Assembly (NCBI GenBank): GCA_965247115.1
Contig: CBDFGR010000002.1
Location: forward strand, 320,001 to 384,000
Source: Myxococcota bacterium
GTDB lineage: Bacteria > Myxococcota_A > UBA9160 > SZUA-336
Length of the DNA: 64,000 nucleotides
Direction: 5' to 3'
The notes under the pieces are model-generated. The model was not told the origin of the DNA and searched no databases. It saw only the letters and a program-made list of their open reading frames with translations. Positions 8,238 to 17,594 of this stretch are shown here, in pieces. Numbering within the stretch: position 1 is the stretch's first letter; each line of letters starts with the position of its first letter. Position numbers and translations under genes: made by a program.

Positions 8238-10487
8238 TCAGAACGGCGTCGGATCTACGAATCGCCTGAGAACGTTGTCGGTGATTCGCGAAACGTTGTT
8301 CTCGTAGTCGTTGTGCGAGAGGCTTCCGGCCCAGGCAATCGAGCTCGCGGAGAACACCGCTCCACCGCCCGGAATCTCGTAGAACACCATGTCGGCGCGA
8401 ACCAGCTCGCTCTGAGAGCCGCTGATGGCAGGGGAGTTGATGAGGATCTCGTCGCAGACGACAAGATAGGTGTCGGTGTGGCCCTCCGAGGAGGCCAGGA
8501 CCAGCGCATTGGCCGGCGTTCCGAGCAGCCGATCCGCCCGGTCGAGCTCGAGCCCGGCCGCGCCGCCACCGACGAGTCCGAAGTCGCCGATCCGCTTGTC
8601 GTCCCCAACCCCTTCGAAGATCCAGCTCGCCCGCGGATCGAAGCTGTCGGGCTTGCGGACGTAGTACGAGGAGATGTCGAAGCCCTGGGCGGAGAAGCCG
8701 GTACCCGCAATCATCTGCGGCGGCAAGCCCTGGCGCCGCCACAAGCCGCCGTACTCCCCAGTGAAGCTGTGGTAGTACTCCCCGGGCTCGGCCGCCCAGG
8801 CGCGGATGCCGTCCTCGGCCCGGCGCACCTCGATGACGCCCGGCTTGTCGGGGTGGTATGCGATCCGCCAGTACCACCCGTTGGCGCCGAGGTACATCAG
8901 CCGTCCGCCGCGCTTCTCGTATGTGGCGAGCGCATCCCACATCGGCGTCGACCAGTACTCCGGATGGGTGCCGGTCAGGACCACGCGATAGGGGGCGAGC
9001 ACATCGAGACCTTCGTAGTGCAGATCCTCGTCGGTGACGACATCGTAGCTGTGCCCCTTGGCCTCGAGCCAGTCGGTGATGTGGGTGTCGGCGTTGAACT
9101 GCCACAGAGCGGAGCCAGCGCCACCGAGCCACATTGTGTACTTCGGGCGCATGTTGAGGATCGGGCGCAGGCGCGACGAGTAGCACACGCCGCTGCCGTC
9201 TGAGTGCGTGTCGTAGTTCGATGCGCCGTACTCGCGGTGCTCGTTGAGGAACACGTCTTCGGGCGAGAACGTGGCGATCCGGCCGCTGAGTAGCTGGGCG
9301 AGCGGCGCGTCCGTCGCCATATGCTCGTTCGCGTAGGCCATGTAGCTCGCGGTCGGCAGCAGGAACGCGATATCGGCGCTGGCGATCCCGCGCTTTGGGC
9401 GCACGCAGAAGGGTATGTAGTCCTCCGCGTCCCCGGACCGCAGCCGTGCTGCGTAGACACCGCTGCTCAGGCCCTGTGGAATCGTCCATTCGAAGTCGAC
9501 GTCCCAGCCGGCGTCGTAGAGGTCGTCGTCGTGAAAGTGGATGGCGCCGTACTGCTCGGGCGCATGCCGCCACGACATCTCCTCACCCGTCCAGTTGTGA
9601 CCCTTCATCCCGCGGGCGGGCAGGTTGATGGTCTCGCCGTGCGACCCGCTCCCCGAGATGTCCGTCACCGTCTCCGAGGAGATATCGCAGGAGAAGTCCC
9701 ACGCCGCCGCCATTGCGCTCTGCAATGCGCTCGGCACCGGTCCCTGCTTGAGCGCCTCGATCTCGACGCGACTCAGGACCCGGTTCGCCAGGCGCGGGCT
9801 GTCGAGCTTGCCATTGAAGTGTCCGCCGCACACGACGCGCCCCTCGACGGTAGCCTCGTAGTGGGCGGCCATGATCAGCGGCGCGTCGTTCTTGGCGACC
9901 GCCTGGAGCGACGACTCCTTGTGGACGGTCGCGGTGGAGTCGATCGTGGCGTATTCCACGAGCGGCTCCTGATAGAGGCAGACCTCCCTGCTCGTCGCAT
10001 CGTAGCTCGCCGCGACCACGTACCACTCGCGCGCGACGAGTGCTTTCCCACTGCTGATGGACTCCGTCTTCCCCGACCCATCGCCCAGCAACAGGGCCGC
10101 CGCCCCCAGCTCGTCGATGATCAAGGCGAAGCCGCGCTGGGAGCTCTCCGACCACTTGCCGATCAACGACTGCCGCCCCTTCTCGGGCGTGGTCGGCCAG
10201 ACCATCGACTGCAGCGTGAAGCTCGACAGCGCTCCAAGGACGGGGCTGTCCGGCACGAGCACGTGGGATCCCGAGTAGACCTCCTGCTTTCTCCCCCGGT
10301 GCTCGTCGCCCCCCACCCCAGCGATCACCTTCTCCTTGAGTCCGGGACCCTCAGGGTTGAGATCCCCGTGAATGATCCGCACGAGGTCGGCCTGGTAAGA
10401 CGTCGGCCCGTCACAGCTCACCATGAACCGTATCGTGTCATCGGGAGCTGCGCTGATCTTGTCGCTGTAGCCGACAATCTTCTTCAT
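8238..10487 (-). CDS. dmfA2: N,N-dimethylformamidase large subunit family protein with LamG-like insertion
   Basis: PEQYGAIHFHDDDL, SGVYAARL, PTASYMAYANEH, SNYDTHSDGSG, SSRLRPILNMRP, GTHPEYWS, YLGANGWYW, RADMV. Confidence 0.88.
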   Translation of the reverse strand: MKKIVGYSDKISAAPDDTIRFMVSCDGPTSYQADLVRIIHGDLNPEGPGLKEKVIAGVGGDEHRGRKQEVYSGSHVLVPDSPVLGALSSFTLQSMVWPTTPEKGRQSLIGKWSESSQRGFALIIDELGAAALLLGDGSGKTESISSGKALVAREWYVVAASYDATSREVCLYQEPLVEYATIDSTATVHKESSLQAVAKNDAPLIMAAHYEATVEGRVVCGGHFNGKLDSPRLANRVLSRVEIEALKQGPVPSALQSAMAAAWDFSCDISSETVTDISGSGSHGETINLPARGMKGHNWTGEEMSWRHAPEQYGAIHFHDDDLYDAGWDVDFEWTIPQGLSSGVYAARLRSGDAEDYIPFCVRPKRGIASADIAFLLPTASYMAYANEHMATDAPLAQLLSGRIATFSPEDVFLNEHREYGASNYDTHSDGSGVCYSSRLRPILNMRPKYTMWLGGAGSALWQFNADTHITDWLEAKGHSYDVVTDEDLHYEGLDVLAPYRVVLTGTHPEYWSTPMWDALATYEKRGGRLMYLGANGWYWRIAYHPDKPGVIEVRRAEDGIRAWAAEPGEYYHSFTGEYGGLWRRQGLPPQMIAGTGFSAQGFDISSYYVRKPDSFDPRASWIFEGVGDDKRIGDFGLVGGGAAGLELDRADRLLGTPANALVLASSEGHTDTYLVVCDEILINSPAISGSQSELVRADMVFYEIPGGGAVFSASSIAWAGSLSHNDYENNVSRITDNVLRRFVDPTPF

Positions 10488-10510
10488 GCGTCGAACCTGA
10501 ACCGCCGCCC

Positions 10511-10813
10511 TTAATCGGCCAGCTCTTGGCCGGTGTGCTTCTTCCAGCGCAGCTTGAACACGTGCCGTTCCGCATCGTCGATCGAGCTGAACACCTGATC
10601 TTCGAGTAGCCTGATCGGTTGGCCCCGCTGCCCGGTCAGCTGGCCAAGAACCCACTCTTCGTGTGGCTTTCTGCAGATCAGCACGTACTTGTCCTGCATG
10701 GGTTCGCCTCGAAACACGTTGAGCACCTTCTGAAGAGCCGGGCTGTGATGACCGATGGGCTTCGCCCGGAACTCGTCCGCCAGGGGCCTGTCGCTGGAGC
10801 TGACCTTGTACAC
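10511..10813 (-). CDS. Dimethylformamidase small-subunit-like protein
   Basis: EFRAKPIGHHSPALQKVLN...FSSIDDAERHVFKLRW; lies directly upstream of the large subunit; GTG at 10813 with GGAG (alternative starts 10849/10873). Confidence 0.75.
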   Translation of the reverse strand: MYKVSSSDRPLADEFRAKPIGHHSPALQKVLNVFRGEPMQDKYVLICRKPHEEWVLGQLTGQRGQPIRLLEDQVFSSIDDAERHVFKLRWKKHTGQELAD

Positions 10814-10954
10814 CGCTCCGATCTCTCCCTTGTCTACTCCGAGTAGCATCTCACTCTCTCGGGCGATCGCCAAGCGCAGACTTTGGGCTCAGGCTCCAAG
10901 ATGGTGTCTCCAAACAGGAATTCGTCACGTAGGCTATGCGCCGCGAGGCGGCGA

Positions 10955-12106
10955 TCAGCCCGGGCTGTCGAACAGCGCTCTGGAGATCACGATGTTCTGC
11001 ACCTCCGTCGTACCGTCGACGTAGTGCGCCATCTTGGCACCCGCCAGATGCCGGGCGAGTGGCTGGTCGTGGCGAAAGCCGTTGGCGCCGAGCGCCTGCA
11101 TGCACTGCGCGAGCCCGTCCATCGCTACCCGCGCCGCGAACTTCTTTGCATGCGCAGTGCGCACGATGGCATCCGGGGCGCCCGTATCGAGCGCCGCGGA
11201 AGCGGCTTGGGTCAGCCCGTTGGCCGCCTCGATGTCCGTGGCGACATCGGCCAGCAGCCAGCGCAATCCCTGGCGGTCGGAGAGGGGTGCGCCGAAGGCT
11301 TTGCGATTCTTTACGTAGCGGACCGCCGTTTCGAGACCCCGCCGAAGAAGGCCGACGCACATTGCGGCGACCACAACCCGGGCCAACCCAATTGCGTCCA
11401 TGGCTCTGCGGAACGCCTCACCGGGTGGGCTGAAGAGCTGACTCGCTTCGAGCTCGACGTTGTGAAACCGGAAGCCGCCGGTCCCGGAAGCGTGCGCGCC
11501 GAGCATCTCATAGGCCTCTTCTCGCACCACGCCGGGCTGGTCGGCGCGGACGAGGAACGCGCCGATCCCGCGGGAGCCCGAGCCCGGCTCGGTCTGCGCG
11601 TAGACCCGGAGCACGTTCGCCTCGGTCGCGTTCGTGACCCACGTCTTTTCGCCGTTGAGTAGCCACGAGTCCCCGTGTGCGATCGCGGTGGTGCTGAGCG
11701 CGGAGGCATCGCTACCCGCTCCGGGCTCCGTCAACAGGAAGGCGCCGAGCACGGACCCGTCCAGCAGCGCGTCCAGGTAGCGTGCGCGATCGTATTCAGA
11801 GCCCTCCCTCGCGATCGCGCCGGCGAGGTTGTTGTGGGGGACGAGCGCGAATGCGAACGCCATGTCGGCGTAGGCGAGGTGCTCCAAGACCTTGGCCATC
11901 TCTGAGACCGTCAGCTGGGCACCGCCCAAGTGAGCGGGAACGAGGAGCCCGCACAGCCCTCGTGCCGCGGCAGCGGTGAAGGTCTCACGCGGCAAGCGGC
12001 GCTCGCGCTCCCAAGCCGCTGCGTTGGGGTCGATCTGCTCTACCGCGAATTCGCGAGCGATCGTGATCATCTCGGCCACTGTAGAGCGCTCGCCTGTGGT
12101 TTCCAT
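10955..12106 (-). CDS. Acyl-CoA dehydrogenase
   Basis: LTEPGAGSDA, LNGEKTWVTN, RKAFG, QALGANG, DGTTEVQ. Confidence 0.9.
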   Translation of the reverse strand: METTGERSTVAEMITIAREFAVEQIDPNAAAWERERRLPRETFTAAAARGLCGLLVPAHLGGAQLTVSEMAKVLEHLAYADMAFAFALVPHNNLAGAIAREGSEYDRARYLDALLDGSVLGAFLLTEPGAGSDASALSTTAIAHGDSWLLNGEKTWVTNATEANVLRVYAQTEPGSGSRGIGAFLVRADQPGVVREEAYEMLGAHASGTGGFRFHNVELEASQLFSPPGEAFRRAMDAIGLARVVVAAMCVGLLRRGLETAVRYVKNRKAFGAPLSDRQGLRWLLADVATDIEAANGLTQAASAALDTGAPDAIVRTAHAKKFAARVAMDGLAQCMQALGANGFRHDQPLARHLAGAKMAHYVDGTTEVQNIVISRALFDSPG

Positions 12107-12324
12107 CCCGGTCCCCCAGATATTGACGTTCCCTGAGTTATACCACTGCTCGTTTGGTGGCCTCGGCCATGGTGGGTCGAGCGCGGCCGGGCCCGCGGGG
12201 ACCCCGAGGCAAGTCTGCCGCGATTCGCGAAAGGGCTGTCCTGGTCAATTCCGACATGACTGCGCGATCGGAACTCTTGTAGGATGGACGCGTAACTGTC
12301 TGTTGAGTCTTTCGAGGAGGCCAG

Positions 12325-12870
12325 ATGAAGGGAGTAAGAATCGCTCTCCAGGTATTGGGAATACTCATACTGATTCCCGCGGTCGCGATAGCAACCTTGA
12401 GATTCGACAATCTCAACGCCGACGGTCCATCGATCCTGTTTCCCGGCGGCGAGCTGGTGTCCGGCGAGCTCTATACCGGCCCGGAGCCGGACTGGAGTTT
12501 CACCGACGACGTGCAAATCGTCGAATTACAGCTCGTCGATCCGCTCAGCTCGCGTCGTATTTTCATCATGGAAAGCGACGGTAAGGTCTACATACCCTCC
12601 GGATACATGCGGTCGATGCTTGGCAGAATCTGGAAGGACTGGGCGTTCCAGGCTGACGAGGGAGACGGCCTGGCCGTTGTACGCATCAACGGCATGCGCT
12701 ACGAGCGACGGCTGCTGCGGATCAAGGAAGGCCCCGTGCTCGACGGAATTGCCGCGAAGTTGGCAACGAAGTATGGCGGGGGAGCGACACCGGAAGCCAT
12801 TCAAGCCGGGCGGGCGTCAGTCGAAGCCGGCGATACCTGGATTTTCGAGATGGCCCCGAAAGGTGGATGA
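12325..12870 (+). CDS. Hypothetical membrane-anchored/exported protein
   Basis: SD GAGGAGG; N-terminal hydrophobic helix followed by DGPSILFPGGEL; family not recognised. Confidence 0.65.
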   Translation: MKGVRIALQVLGILILIPAVAIATLRFDNLNADGPSILFPGGELVSGELYTGPEPDWSFTDDVQIVELQLVDPLSSRRIFIMESDGKVYIPSGYMRSMLGRIWKDWAFQADEGDGLAVVRINGMRYERRLLRIKEGPVLDGIAAKLATKYGGGATPEAIQAGRASVEAGDTWIFEMAPKGG

Positions 12871-12874
12871 TTCG

Positions 12875-13009
12875 ATGAAGATCCAGAACTACTTGATAAC
12901 CTGTGCTGCCATATCGGTGGCGGTCTCGCTGACGATCTTGTACGTCCCGGGGGTTTCGGAAACCGTTGAGGGCACAATGCTCGCGTTCCTCGCGGCTAAC
13001 GCCCGCTAA
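12875..13009 (+). CDS. Small (44 aa) single-TM protein
   Basis: ATG 4 nt after upstream stop, AGGTGG upstream; MKIQNYLITCAAISVAVSLTILYVPG... Confidence 0.45.
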   Translation: MKIQNYLITCAAISVAVSLTILYVPGVSETVEGTMLAFLAANAR

Positions 13010-13093
13010 CGAACTCGAAGCTGTAGCATAACGCGGAGGCCCCACCGCGGGCTCCCCGCCGGGCAATTCTGCAGATAAAGGTTGGAAGCGCGA

Positions 13094-15154
13094 ATGAGCT
13101 ATCGCCTGGGCGTCGACGTCGGCGGCACGTTTACCGACCTCTTGCTTGTCAACGAGTCGGACGGCTCCACGTACATGGCGAAGGTCCCGTCCACGCCGGA
13201 GGATTCGTCGCAAGGCGTCTTGCACGGGATCACCGTGATCTGCGAACGGGCCGGCATCGACGCGCAGCGGATCTCGCATGTGATGCACGGCACGACCGTG
13301 GCTACGAACGCGATCCTGACCGGGAGCGGCGCGCGCGTGGGTCTGGTGACGACGCAGGGCTACCGTCAGATCCTGCAGATCGCGCGCTCCTTCGTACCAG
13401 GAGGCCTCGGCGGCTGGGTCATCTACCAGCGGGCCGATCCGATGGCGCCGCTCGAGCTCACGGTGGAAGCACGAGAGCGTGTCGGCGCGGATGGGCGCGT
13501 GGTGGAGCCGCTTGACGAGGCGCAACTGCGCAGGTCGCTCGGGGAGCTGCGCGCGCGTGGCATCGAGGCGCTGACGGTCTCGCTGATCAACTCGTACGCG
13601 AACGATCTTCACGAGCGGCGGATCGGTGAGATCGCGAACGAGGAGCTGCCAGGCGTGCCCGTCTCGCTCTCCTCCGAAGTCATCCCCGAGATGCAGGAGT
13701 ACGAGCGAACGCTCACGACTGTGGCGAACTCGTACGTGCGACCCGTCGTGGAGAGCTATATCCGGAAGCTGCGCGCAGAGCTCAGCACGCGCATGCACGA
13801 CGTGCAGCTTCACATGCTGCGCTCGGACGGGGGACTGGCCTCGGCCGAAGCGGCCCAGCAGTACCCCGTGAACCTCCTCATGAGCGGTCCCGCGGGAGGA
13901 GTAGCTGGCGCGATCTGGGGCGCGCAACAGGCGGGCTTCCAGAACCTACTCACGTTCGACATGGGCGGGACGTCTACAGATGTCTGCCTCGTGCAGGAGG
14001 GTCGGGCGCAGCTGCGCCGCGAGACCAGCGTCGGCGACTTCACCGTGCGGGCTTCGTCAGTCGATGTGCGCACGGTAGGCGCCGGTGGCGGCTCGATCGC
14101 GCACGTGCCGGAGCTCACCCGTGCACTACGGGTGGGTCCCGAGAGCGCGGGCGCGGACCCCGGGCCGGCTGCATACGGGCATGGCGGCGAAGCACCGACG
14201 GTGACGGACGCGAACCTGGTCCTCGGCTACCTGCCAGCGTCGGCGCGGCTCGGCGGCGAGATGCGACTCGAGCGGGAGCTCGCGGAGCGCGCCCTCCGTC
14301 CCCTGGCGGAAGCCCTGGACCTCTCGCTCGAGCGCACTGCGGCAGGCATCGTGGACATTGTGAACGAGAACATGTGCGGAGCCCTGCGTCTCGTTTCCGT
14401 GGAGCAGGGGCACGACCCGCGCGAGTTCGCGCTGATCGCCTTCGGCGGCGCCGGTCCCATGCACGCGAACGCACTCGGCAAGCTGCTGCAGGCCTGGCCG
14501 GTGATCGTGCCCCCTGGCCCCGGAGTGCTCTGCGCTTACGGCGACGCGACCACGCGCCTGCGCGACGAGGCGTCGCGCAGCCTCATCCGGCGCTTCTCCG
14601 AGACCAGCTCCGACGAGGTGGTCGCGATCCTGGAAGAGCTGGCTGCAGACGCCGCCGGGGCGCTCGATGCGGAGAACGTGCCCGAGCCCGAGCAGACGCT
14701 CCAGTTCCAGGTCGACGTGCGCTACCACGGCCAGGGGCTCCTGCTCACAGTCGACCTCGAGCTCGACGCGCTCAAGAACCGCGGCCTGGATGCCGTCGGT
14801 GAGCGCTTCGACGCGATGCACGAGCAGCTGTTCACCTTCGCGCTCGACGCCGACAAGGAGCTCGTGAACCTGCGAGCCGTCGCGCAGGGTCAGGCGCCGG
14901 CCGTCGCGGCACCCGAGCTCGAGCGCGGGAGCGAGGATCCCGCCGCGGCGCGAACCGGAGCCGAGAGAGTCTTCGTGGACGGGAAGCACCGGGACGCGAA
15001 CGTCTATGCGCGGAGCCTGCTGCGCGCAGGCAACCTCCTGTCGGGCCCCGCGATCGTGACCGAGATGGACTCCACAACGCTCATCCTGCCCGATCACGTG
15101 GGGCAGGTGGATGCAAACGCGAACATCCTGATCCGCCCCGACGAGCGGAGCTGA
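13094..15154 (+). CDS. Hydantoinase/oxoprolinase A subunit (ATP-dependent)
   Basis: GVDVGGTFTD, HGTTVATNA, SGPAGG, DMGGTSTDV, GAGGGSIA, AFGGAGPMHA. Confidence 0.92.
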   Translation: MSYRLGVDVGGTFTDLLLVNESDGSTYMAKVPSTPEDSSQGVLHGITVICERAGIDAQRISHVMHGTTVATNAILTGSGARVGLVTTQGYRQILQIARSFVPGGLGGWVIYQRADPMAPLELTVEARERVGADGRVVEPLDEAQLRRSLGELRARGIEALTVSLINSYANDLHERRIGEIANEELPGVPVSLSSEVIPEMQEYERTLTTVANSYVRPVVESYIRKLRAELSTRMHDVQLHMLRSDGGLASAEAAQQYPVNLLMSGPAGGVAGAIWGAQQAGFQNLLTFDMGGTSTDVCLVQEGRAQLRRETSVGDFTVRASSVDVRTVGAGGGSIAHVPELTRALRVGPESAGADPGPAAYGHGGEAPTVTDANLVLGYLPASARLGGEMRLERELAERALRPLAEALDLSLERTAAGIVDIVNENMCGALRLVSVEQGHDPREFALIAFGGAGPMHANALGKLLQAWPVIVPPGPGVLCAYGDATTRLRDEASRSLIRRFSETSSDEVVAILEELAADAAGALDAENVPEPEQTLQFQVDVRYHGQGLLLTVDLELDALKNRGLDAVGERFDAMHEQLFTFALDADKELVNLRAVAQGQAPAVAAPELERGSEDPAAARTGAERVFVDGKHRDANVYARSLLRAGNLLSGPAIVTEMDSTTLILPDHVGQVDANANILIRPDERS

Positions 15155-15161
15155 GGTCGTC

Positions 15162-17054
15162 ATGCCCGCAGAGATCATCGAGACCAACCCCGAGGCGTTC
15201 CAAACGGTCGACGTTGACCCGATCACGCTCGACATCATTGAGAACGCTCTGCGAAACGCGCGCTTCGAGATGGACGCCGTGCTCTTCCGCACCGCGATGT
15301 CGCCGGGAATTCGCGAGCAGCACGACGAGTTCCCGATGATCGCGAACCGCGATGGAAAGATGGTCGTGGGCCAGTTCGGCTCCTTCATCCACGGCTTCCT
15401 GAGCGCCTATGACGGCAGCATCGAGGACGGGGACGTATTCCTGACCTCCGATCCGTACAGCTGCCACGGAGCTGTGAGCCACGCGAACGACTGGCTGGTG
15501 CTGATGCCGATCTACGCGAACGGCCGCGTAATCAGCTGGGCGGCAATGTTCGGCCACATGACGGACATCGGTGGAAAGGTGCCGGGCAGCCTGCCGACGG
15601 ACGCCCGGCAGATCTTCGAAGAGGGGATCGTCATCCCCCCGATCAAGATCTACAAGCGTGGCGAGCTGCAGAAGGACGTGCTCGAGCTGATCCTGCACAA
15701 CTGCCGGCTGCCACACTGGAACCGCAGCGACTTCAACGCGATCGTGGCGGCCTGCCGGAGCGCGCGCCGACGCGTGCTCGAGGCCGTCGAGCGTTTCGGC
15801 GAGGACACGTATCACAACGCGCTGGAAGAGCTACTCGAGCGAAACCGCCGCGCCATGCGCCAGCTCATCATGGAGACGATCAGGGAGGAGAAGCAGTACT
15901 TCGAGGACTACATCTGCGACGACGGCCTCGGCATGGGCCCGTACAAGATCGCGTGCACCATGTGGCGCGAGGGCGAGCGGGCGATCTTCGACTTCGAGGG
16001 TACGGACCCGCAGTCCATCGGACCGGTGAACCTCTACCTGAACGAGGAGATGTTCAAGATGTTCTGCGGCGTCTTCATGATCATGGTCTTCGACCCACAG
16101 ATCCTCTTCAACGACGGGTTCTACGACCTGATTGAGGTCAGGATCCCTGAGGGGACCTTGCTGAAGCCGCGTCGACCGGCCGCGCTCTCCTGCCGAACCC
16201 ACGCGCTCGGCCGGATCTTTGACGTGCTTGGCGGCCTGCTTGGGCAGGGGAACCCGGAGTTCCTGTGCGCGGCCGGTTTCTCCGACAGCCCCCACTTCAT
16301 GTACTCGGGCTACGACAAGAATGGAGAGTGGTATCAGCTCTACCAGATCGGGTTCGGCGGCGTCCCCGGGCGACCGGTCGGAGATGGCCTGGACGGGCAC
16401 TCCCTCTGGCCGAACTTCACGAACGTTCCCAACGAGTTCCTCGAGAGCTACTTCCCGCTCCGGATCGATATGTACGAAACCCTCGCAGATAGCGGTGGTC
16501 CCGGGCTACACCGCGGCGGCAACGCCCTGCGAATCGGTTACCGCTTCCTCGAGCCGGGAGAGATCTCGATCCACGACGATCGCTGGCTCACGCACCCCTG
16601 GGGCGTGAACGGGGGCCTGCCCGGTGCGCGCAGCCGCAAGATTCTCGAGCGGAGTGACGGCACCCGGGAGATCCTTCCGTCCAAGTGCGATCGGATCGCC
16701 GTCCAGCCTGGAGATCTGCTGCGCTTCGAGACCTGGGGTGGTGGAGGCTGGGGCGACCCCTTCAAGCGCGATCCGGCCCTGGTCGCCAGGGACGTGGATC
16801 GCGGGCTCGTCACGTCCGAGGGCGCGCGTCGCTACGGTGTCGTGCTCGCCTCGGACGGCGCGGTCGACACGGCCTCGACGGACCGCCTTCGCAGCGAGCT
16901 GGCAAAGAAGCGCGGCGAGACGCAGCTCTTCGACTTCGGGGGCAGCCTGGAGGAGCTCAAGGCCCGCTGCCAGAGCGATACCAGTCTGATGCCCCCGCAG
17001 CAGCCTCGCTCCCAGACCTGGGTGAGGGCGGGCCGAGAGATCTCCGCCCGATGA
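15162..17054 (+). CDS. Hydantoinase B/oxoprolinase subunit
   Basis: DPITLDII, SDPY..HANDW, GHMTDIGG, EEG, DSGGPGLHRGG, GGGGWGDP. Confidence 0.92.
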   Translation: MPAEIIETNPEAFQTVDVDPITLDIIENALRNARFEMDAVLFRTAMSPGIREQHDEFPMIANRDGKMVVGQFGSFIHGFLSAYDGSIEDGDVFLTSDPYSCHGAVSHANDWLVLMPIYANGRVISWAAMFGHMTDIGGKVPGSLPTDARQIFEEGIVIPPIKIYKRGELQKDVLELILHNCRLPHWNRSDFNAIVAACRSARRRVLEAVERFGEDTYHNALEELLERNRRAMRQLIMETIREEKQYFEDYICDDGLGMGPYKIACTMWREGERAIFDFEGTDPQSIGPVNLYLNEEMFKMFCGVFMIMVFDPQILFNDGFYDLIEVRIPEGTLLKPRRPAALSCRTHALGRIFDVLGGLLGQGNPEFLCAAGFSDSPHFMYSGYDKNGEWYQLYQIGFGGVPGRPVGDGLDGHSLWPNFTNVPNEFLESYFPLRIDMYETLADSGGPGLHRGGNALRIGYRFLEPGEISIHDDRWLTHPWGVNGGLPGARSRKILERSDGTREILPSKCDRIAVQPGDLLRFETWGGGGWGDPFKRDPALVARDVDRGLVTSEGARRYGVVLASDGAVDTASTDRLRSELAKKRGETQLFDFGGSLEELKARCQSDTSLMPPQQPRSQTWVRAGREISAR

Positions 17055-17156
17055 CGCCAGAGGAGGCTACGGCCGGGGCCAGCACGCGGATCGACTGCGT
17101 CGCTGCGGGGCGGCGCGTACGGTGAGCTCCTGGGAACCTGCCAGACCGGGAGCGCG

Positions 17157-17594
17157 ATGGAACCCGTAGAGGAGCTACTCGACAGGTGGCCGGGAGTGCG
17201 GGTGGACGCCGACAACGCCGCGTACTACCGCGGCCTCTCGGCTCGCCAGCTTCTGATCCAGCGGTGCCGCGAGTGTCGCGTCTGGCACCATCCTCCCCGC
17301 TCGGTCTGTCCACGCTGCTGGTCGCGAGACGTGGTAGCCGAACCGGTGAGCGGGCGCGGGACGATCGGGCTGCTGACGGTCCTGCGTCAGGGCGCACCCC
17401 AACCGGGCGTCGACTACACGGACGGCCACGCCCTGGTCGCGATCGACCTCGAGGAACAAGCCGGGCTGCGGCTGGCGGGCGCGATCGTGGAAACAGCGGC
17501 TGCTGACATCCGGATCGGCGCGCCCGTCGAGCTGGTCTGGCGCGAGGTCGACGGTCGGCCTCCGACGCCGGAGTTCAGGGTTGTGTCCTCGTGA
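17157..17594 (+). CDS. DUF35 Zn-ribbon/OB-fold acyl-CoA-binding protein
   Basis: QRCRECRVWHHPPRSVCPRC, SGRGTI, IDLEEQ, IRIGAPVE. Confidence 0.88.
   Translation: MEPVEELLDRWPGVRVDADNAAYYRGLSARQLLIQRCRECRVWHHPPRSVCPRCWSRDVVAEPVSGRGTIGLLTVLRQGAPQPGVDYTDGHALVAIDLEEQAGLRLAGAIVETAAADIRIGAPVELVWREVDGRPPTPEFRVVSS

Noticed and set aside
10902..10924. TGGTGTCTCCAAACAGGAATTCG resembling a reversed tRNA 3' end
   Set aside because: Too degenerate and no cognate tRNA in the window; cannot be distinguished from chance
12170..12182. TGGTGGGTCGAGC resembling a reversed tRNA-Lys acceptor end
   Set aside because: Only about 12 nt and no T-arm match
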